Positions 48,162 to 52,830 of a stretch of 52,830 nucleotides of DNA are shown piece after piece (position 1 is the stretch's first letter; every line of letters begins with the position of its first letter). The notes beneath the pieces were generated by a model that ran no database searches, was not told the DNA's origin, and saw only the letters and a program-made list of their open reading frames with translations. The translations under genes were made by a program, and so were the position numbers. Location of the stretch: NCBI GenBank assembly GCA_001938485.1, contig MQRK01216771.1:1-52830 (forward strand), in the 5' to 3' direction. This DNA comes from Girardia tigrina (lineage: Eukaryota).

Positions 48162-51100
48162 TGAATAGCGAAAAAAATAAAGTACAAAATAATTCAATTA
48201 AACTAAGATTATTTAAAATTTTTAGAAATAGCGAATATTTAGAAATACATTTAACTTAGAATTTCAAATTATAAAACATTATTTGTAACTATTGAGTGAG
48301 AAACATCTGTACATCCAAAATTAGATAACTTTTTGTTACCTTCACAAATTCCTTCGAATGAAGTTGATGTAACATTTTAGTAGTAACAAAATACTCTTGT
48401 ATTCTAAATTAAATAATGTAGATATAAAATATTTGGTTTTTTATTTCTTTTGGCATTGAATGAAATATTATAGAAGATGACGTTTCGATTTGTTTCGTTT
48501 TAATTGACTTCTGGTTTTCTTGGAAGAAAAATTAGCGTGTGTAAAATTTGTCTTTAAAAAGAAATAATCATTTATTTGAATGAAAAATTTAAATTTAAAA
48601 TTTTTATTTTTTAAAAATTGTTTTTTTTTTGAGTTTTTTCATTGAATTTTCGTACATACAAAAGAAATTTTAATTCGATACAACGTAAAAATTTTGTATT
48701 ATATTAATTTTAGAAAACATTTTAAATAGTCCATTTTAAGTAAATTTATATTTGATCAACTTTGATCATCATTTAATGATGCAAATACAGATGTCAAAAT
48801 GGATTATCTATTTTTTTAAGCAAAGTTTGATTCACTTTGAATTCTGGGATCAAAGTTCTTCGATTAAACAGCGAATTTGGAATAAATGCCATCTTACTGT
48901 TGATTATTTTATAAGACACTTAAGTTAAATTAAAAAGTTACAATACTGTTAATAAATTTAATAAAATTAAAAATACTTATATTACTTTGTATATAAATTT
49001 AATCTGTTTGAAATACTAATTACGATATTTGCTTTACATTTGTATTTAAAATAAGTAATCTCTTATTTCATAAAATAAAAATAACTAATGATAATTTTGA
49101 CAGATTTTGCTATGATTTCATAATATTTATTAATTGCAAGTACAAAGTTATTATCTTTTATCTAAAAAAACAGTTATAAAATCCAATATGTTCTATTTAT
49201 TCAACAATATTCAAATATTTCAAAAAAATTCAAATATGAATTCTTGTCATCGAGTCCAGAAAATAAAAACCAGTAAATTTCAAAACAGTGAATTTTAATC
49301 CAACAAATGCAATTGGTTGTTTAATGCAAGCGTGTTTGCATATCGTCTGACTGTTTCGAGACACACAATTCCACGTGATAATGTTGATCGATGAAGTAGA
49401 AGAATTAAGATTGTCAATCATTTTTTCTGTCTATCTGAAATTTTACTTATTATCTAACATTTTAATGTGTCTATATGTATGTGTGTGATTGTGTGTTAGG
49501 TAGTGTATGTGGCTGCGAGTTTTAATAATTGTTTTATCATCAATAATTCCTTATGTTAGGAAGCATTTATTGATTTGTCTAGGTAATTGGAGAATAATTA
49601 TTTGATAAATCTGATACATATGTATTATATCGATATATTTATTGTTAATTATCAAACTTACGATAATATTAAACCATTTTTCTTAAATGTTATCTAGAAT
49701 AAGTGTAGTTAGAGAGAGAGAGAGAGTGACGCATTTGCAATTTGTGTGGTCAAAATGTTTTTTTGAGACTTCAACTTCTGACATAATATGTAATTATTAA
49801 TCACTGTTTTGTTATCTCCACTACCTACAAAGTATAAACAATGAATTAAACGAGTTTGTCATTACACGTTACTCACAGCAAACATTTTCAGAGAATTTTG
49901 GTATTTGAAAAATAAATTCAAATTTGACTATGTTAATTTCAAGTTAAATAAAAAAAAACAAAAATTGAACTTTGTAATTGAATTTTTTTTATAATTAGAC
50001 AATACAGATTGATATTGTTTATTTGCACTATTACTAAATTTGTTTTTGAAAATCCTTACTTATAAATCATTCATTTGTACACTTTTTACCACGTTTTTAT
50101 TAGTTTGATGTGTTTTCTCTCTTTGTTCAGAAGGAACTTTGACATCATTGTTTTGCAAAATTCCAGTACAGCTAGAGTTCTGAAACTGTAAACATACCTT
50201 AGAACCAGATTATAATGTAATATTTGAGCATTTAAAAGTAGTTATATAGATTTTTGATTAAATTGTGCTCAATTTATTTTTTTTGTTTTTGTGAAGAATA
50301 TTTTAATTTTATGAATGCTTATCATAATATTGTATTAAATTTGAAATTGTAATTCTTCAACCCAGTTCGAATATAAAACGATAGAGTTTAAATTATTACA
50401 AAATAATCATTAATATTAAAAATTTTAAATGAATAATATTTTAAAAAACTGATATAAAATATATTTCAAATATTTTAATTAAAATCAATTATAGAAAATT
50501 AAAGTATAATAAATTAGAAAATTAATTAAAAGCAAATAAAAAGATTAGTTTTAAAATATTTTATAATTTTTTGAAAAAAAATTGAAGAAAAAATTTAACC
50601 GATTTTTAATGAAAAGATATGTTTTAAAAGATTCAAAGAATAAATTTTATCAGAAATTGATAGAAATTTTGTTCAAATATAAAAAAATAGAAATACCAAC
50701 TTAGAATTATGATAAATAGTGGAAGTTCTATTGAGAATTGTACTGAAGTCAATTCAAATAGTGTTATTAAGAAAAAGTAATTGTAATATCTCTCGATATC
50801 ACTCAGTTACTCTGGACCAGTACCACTTGGGGAGTATTACTCTAAGCTACCACCTCCAGATGGTTGATCTAGAGCAACCATATATAAGTATAAATAAATA
50901 AATATATATTAATAAATTGAAATTAATAATAATCATTTAATAATGCAATATGTAATCTGCATTATTAGATTTTTGATTTCATTTTGGAATTTAAAAATAA
51001 AACTTACAAATAAAAAATTACTTGACGATAATGAATTCTGCATCAAATTATTTTTCCGTTTGATTAACTCTGCAACTGAACCTACTACTATTCCACAAAA

Positions 51101-51863
51101 GTTGTCATTTCAATTTTTTTTCAAATTACGATTAATTCAACGAAATCATTATCAAACAATCTCAGCACCATTTAGAACCGATTCGACAAACTATTATCAA
51201 ACATTCTCAGTATTATTTAAAAACAATTCAACGAAAAATTTTCGAACCACTTACAAACCATTCAATCAATTTCTAACGGAAAATCTTTTGCTTCTACATG
51301 CGACATTATAAGTAACTAATATTTTATTTTATTTCTCTCAGAACTCATTATTTCCCTTTTCTGTGATTACTTAAACACCTTCGTTTTTATGTTTTTGTTA
51401 AAGTATTATTATTTAATATAATTTAATTAAATAATTTCATTTTTATTTATATTATTATAATAAAAGAGGATTTAGGACATAAATTAATTGCTGCTTAGTT
51501 CCCTTTTTCTATAATAAAAGTAATCGAGAATTGTCTTGAAGTCAAATATTGTTATTAATAAAAGTAATGAAAACAATATTAGTGCCTTTAATAGTTTACG
51601 AAGTTTGTTTTACAATAAAAATCAGAACGATGGCGTTATCATTTTAAGGATTGTTTACATTGAGGTTTTCTGGAAAATTTTTATAAAAATATTATTCTAG
51701 TGAAATTTATTTAAATAAAATATTTTAAAATTTAGCATTATTCCTGATAATTCTTTCTTCTACGAAATGATTTACATTAATCTGTATCTTATTCCGAATC
51801 CCGTAATAATAATATGTTTTCCGAATACTGTAATATGTTTTCCAGTAAACAATAAAAAGTGGC

Positions 51864-52830
51864 TGTGAGGAATATTTTAAATTGTTTTAATGTGTGAATG
51901 TATGGATGCTGTATGTTGATTTTAGTATGTTGAACTTAGAATGGTGATCTCCCACCCAGATGGAAATTGATATTTTTTATTAAATTTAAAGTGATTGACT
52001 ATTCGAACATAATTAAAATAATCATTTGACATAAACAAATAAACACCATTTAAAAATATATTTCAGGATAATATATTTCGACGGTTTAACCGTCATCATC
52101 AGATCACTGATTATGTTCTTTTTATTGCTTTTATATAAGAAATGAATGAGTATGTAATCACCTATGTAAGTCTAATCGAAAACTCTTAACAAATTAGTTG
52201 AGAGTGCTGTTTGAACACTCAGACTGCCCGTCATCTCTGCAAACGAGTCCAAGAACACAGTCAAAAAGGGGGAAAGAGTAATATTGCTGAGCATAAAAAA
52301 ACGTGTAAATGTAATATGAGTGTAAAGTAACTACTTTACTTTCCCGATTGTGCAACAGTTGGTTGATGATATCACATCAACCCGAACTATATTGCACAAA
52401 AGAAGGTCAAATTGCGCAAATGCAATTTGATGACGTAAGCGCACAAAATTAATATAAAAAGTAATTTTGTAATTTTGTATTTTTATAAAATAAAGTTTTG
52501 ATTTGTCTTTGTTTTGGCGTTATCATTTTAATATAAAATGAATGATCTCAAAACTGGTGTCAGAAGTGGGATGTTGCTCGAATGCAACAACGTGACAACA
52601 AAACTGCCACAATACTTCGATGATACAGAAATGTGGTTTCATCAAGTCGAAGCCGTGTTCCGACTTTCCAGAATAACAAGTGAAACCAACAAATTCCTCC
52701 ACGTCATGGCTAGTCTTCCTCCAGCCATCCTCATCGAGTTTCAAGAATGGTTCCAAGAATCATCAAACACTCCGTATTCCGACCTCCGACGGGCAATGAT
52801 TAAACTCCGACATGTCCCAATCTCCACACA
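51864..52830 (+). mobile_element. 5' end of a Gypsy (Mag-like) LTR retrotransposon: LTR ~51864-52552, PBS 52555-52572
   Basis: TGTGAGG start. PBS TGGTGTCAGAAGTGGGAT is complementary to the 3' end of eukaryotic tRNA-Leu(CAA), and gag follows. Confidence 0.85.
52571..52830 (+). CDS. Gypsy gag N-terminus (partial, runs off the window)
   Basis: MLLECNNVTTKLPQYFDDTEMWFHQVEAVFRLSRITSETNKFLHVMASLPP matches the KLP.F..WF.Q.EA.F..IT.E..KF..V pattern of Mag-type gag. Confidence 0.85.
   Translation, partial: MLLECNNVTTKLPQYFDDTEMWFHQVEAVFRLSRITSETNKFLHVMASLPPAILIEFQEWFQESSNTPYSDLRRAMIKLRHVPIST

Noticed and set aside
47560-50880. Minus-strand multi-exon gene built from scattered exon-like patches
   Set aside because: I could not assemble a stop-free frame or recognise a domain.

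Overview
This is a very AT-rich eukaryotic draft scaffold with N-gaps, short GT-AG introns and microsatellites. It is probably an invertebrate; a planarian-like genome is my guess, not demonstrated. Two host genes are clear: an intronless, divergent PKA catalytic-subunit-like kinase (15652-16683, +) and a G3BP/Rasputin homologue with 4 coding exons (24704-26857, +). There is also one unidentified spliced ORF starting at 31127. Most of the rest is nested mobile DNA: hAT, Tc1/IS630, maT-like mariner, pogo, piggyBac, MULE and Transib-like elements or MITEs, Gypsy LTRs, a compact gag-only LTR element, and LINE fragments. The most unusual observations are: (1) a 5.0-kb composite cassette running LINE 3' end ... 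LINE-like 5' end, inserted into a hAT transposase with a perfect 12-bp target duplication; (2) a 5S-rRNA-derived SINE with A-tail and TSD; (3) a family of 1.8-kb TGG...CCA elements with a 5-bp TSD and unknown ORFs; (4) a repeated intron-containing unit with a divergent promoter; (5) a PKA-C with DLG in place of DFG and a frameshifted M-G-N start. I found no CRISPR array or prokaryotic system. All coordinates and alignments were read by eye.
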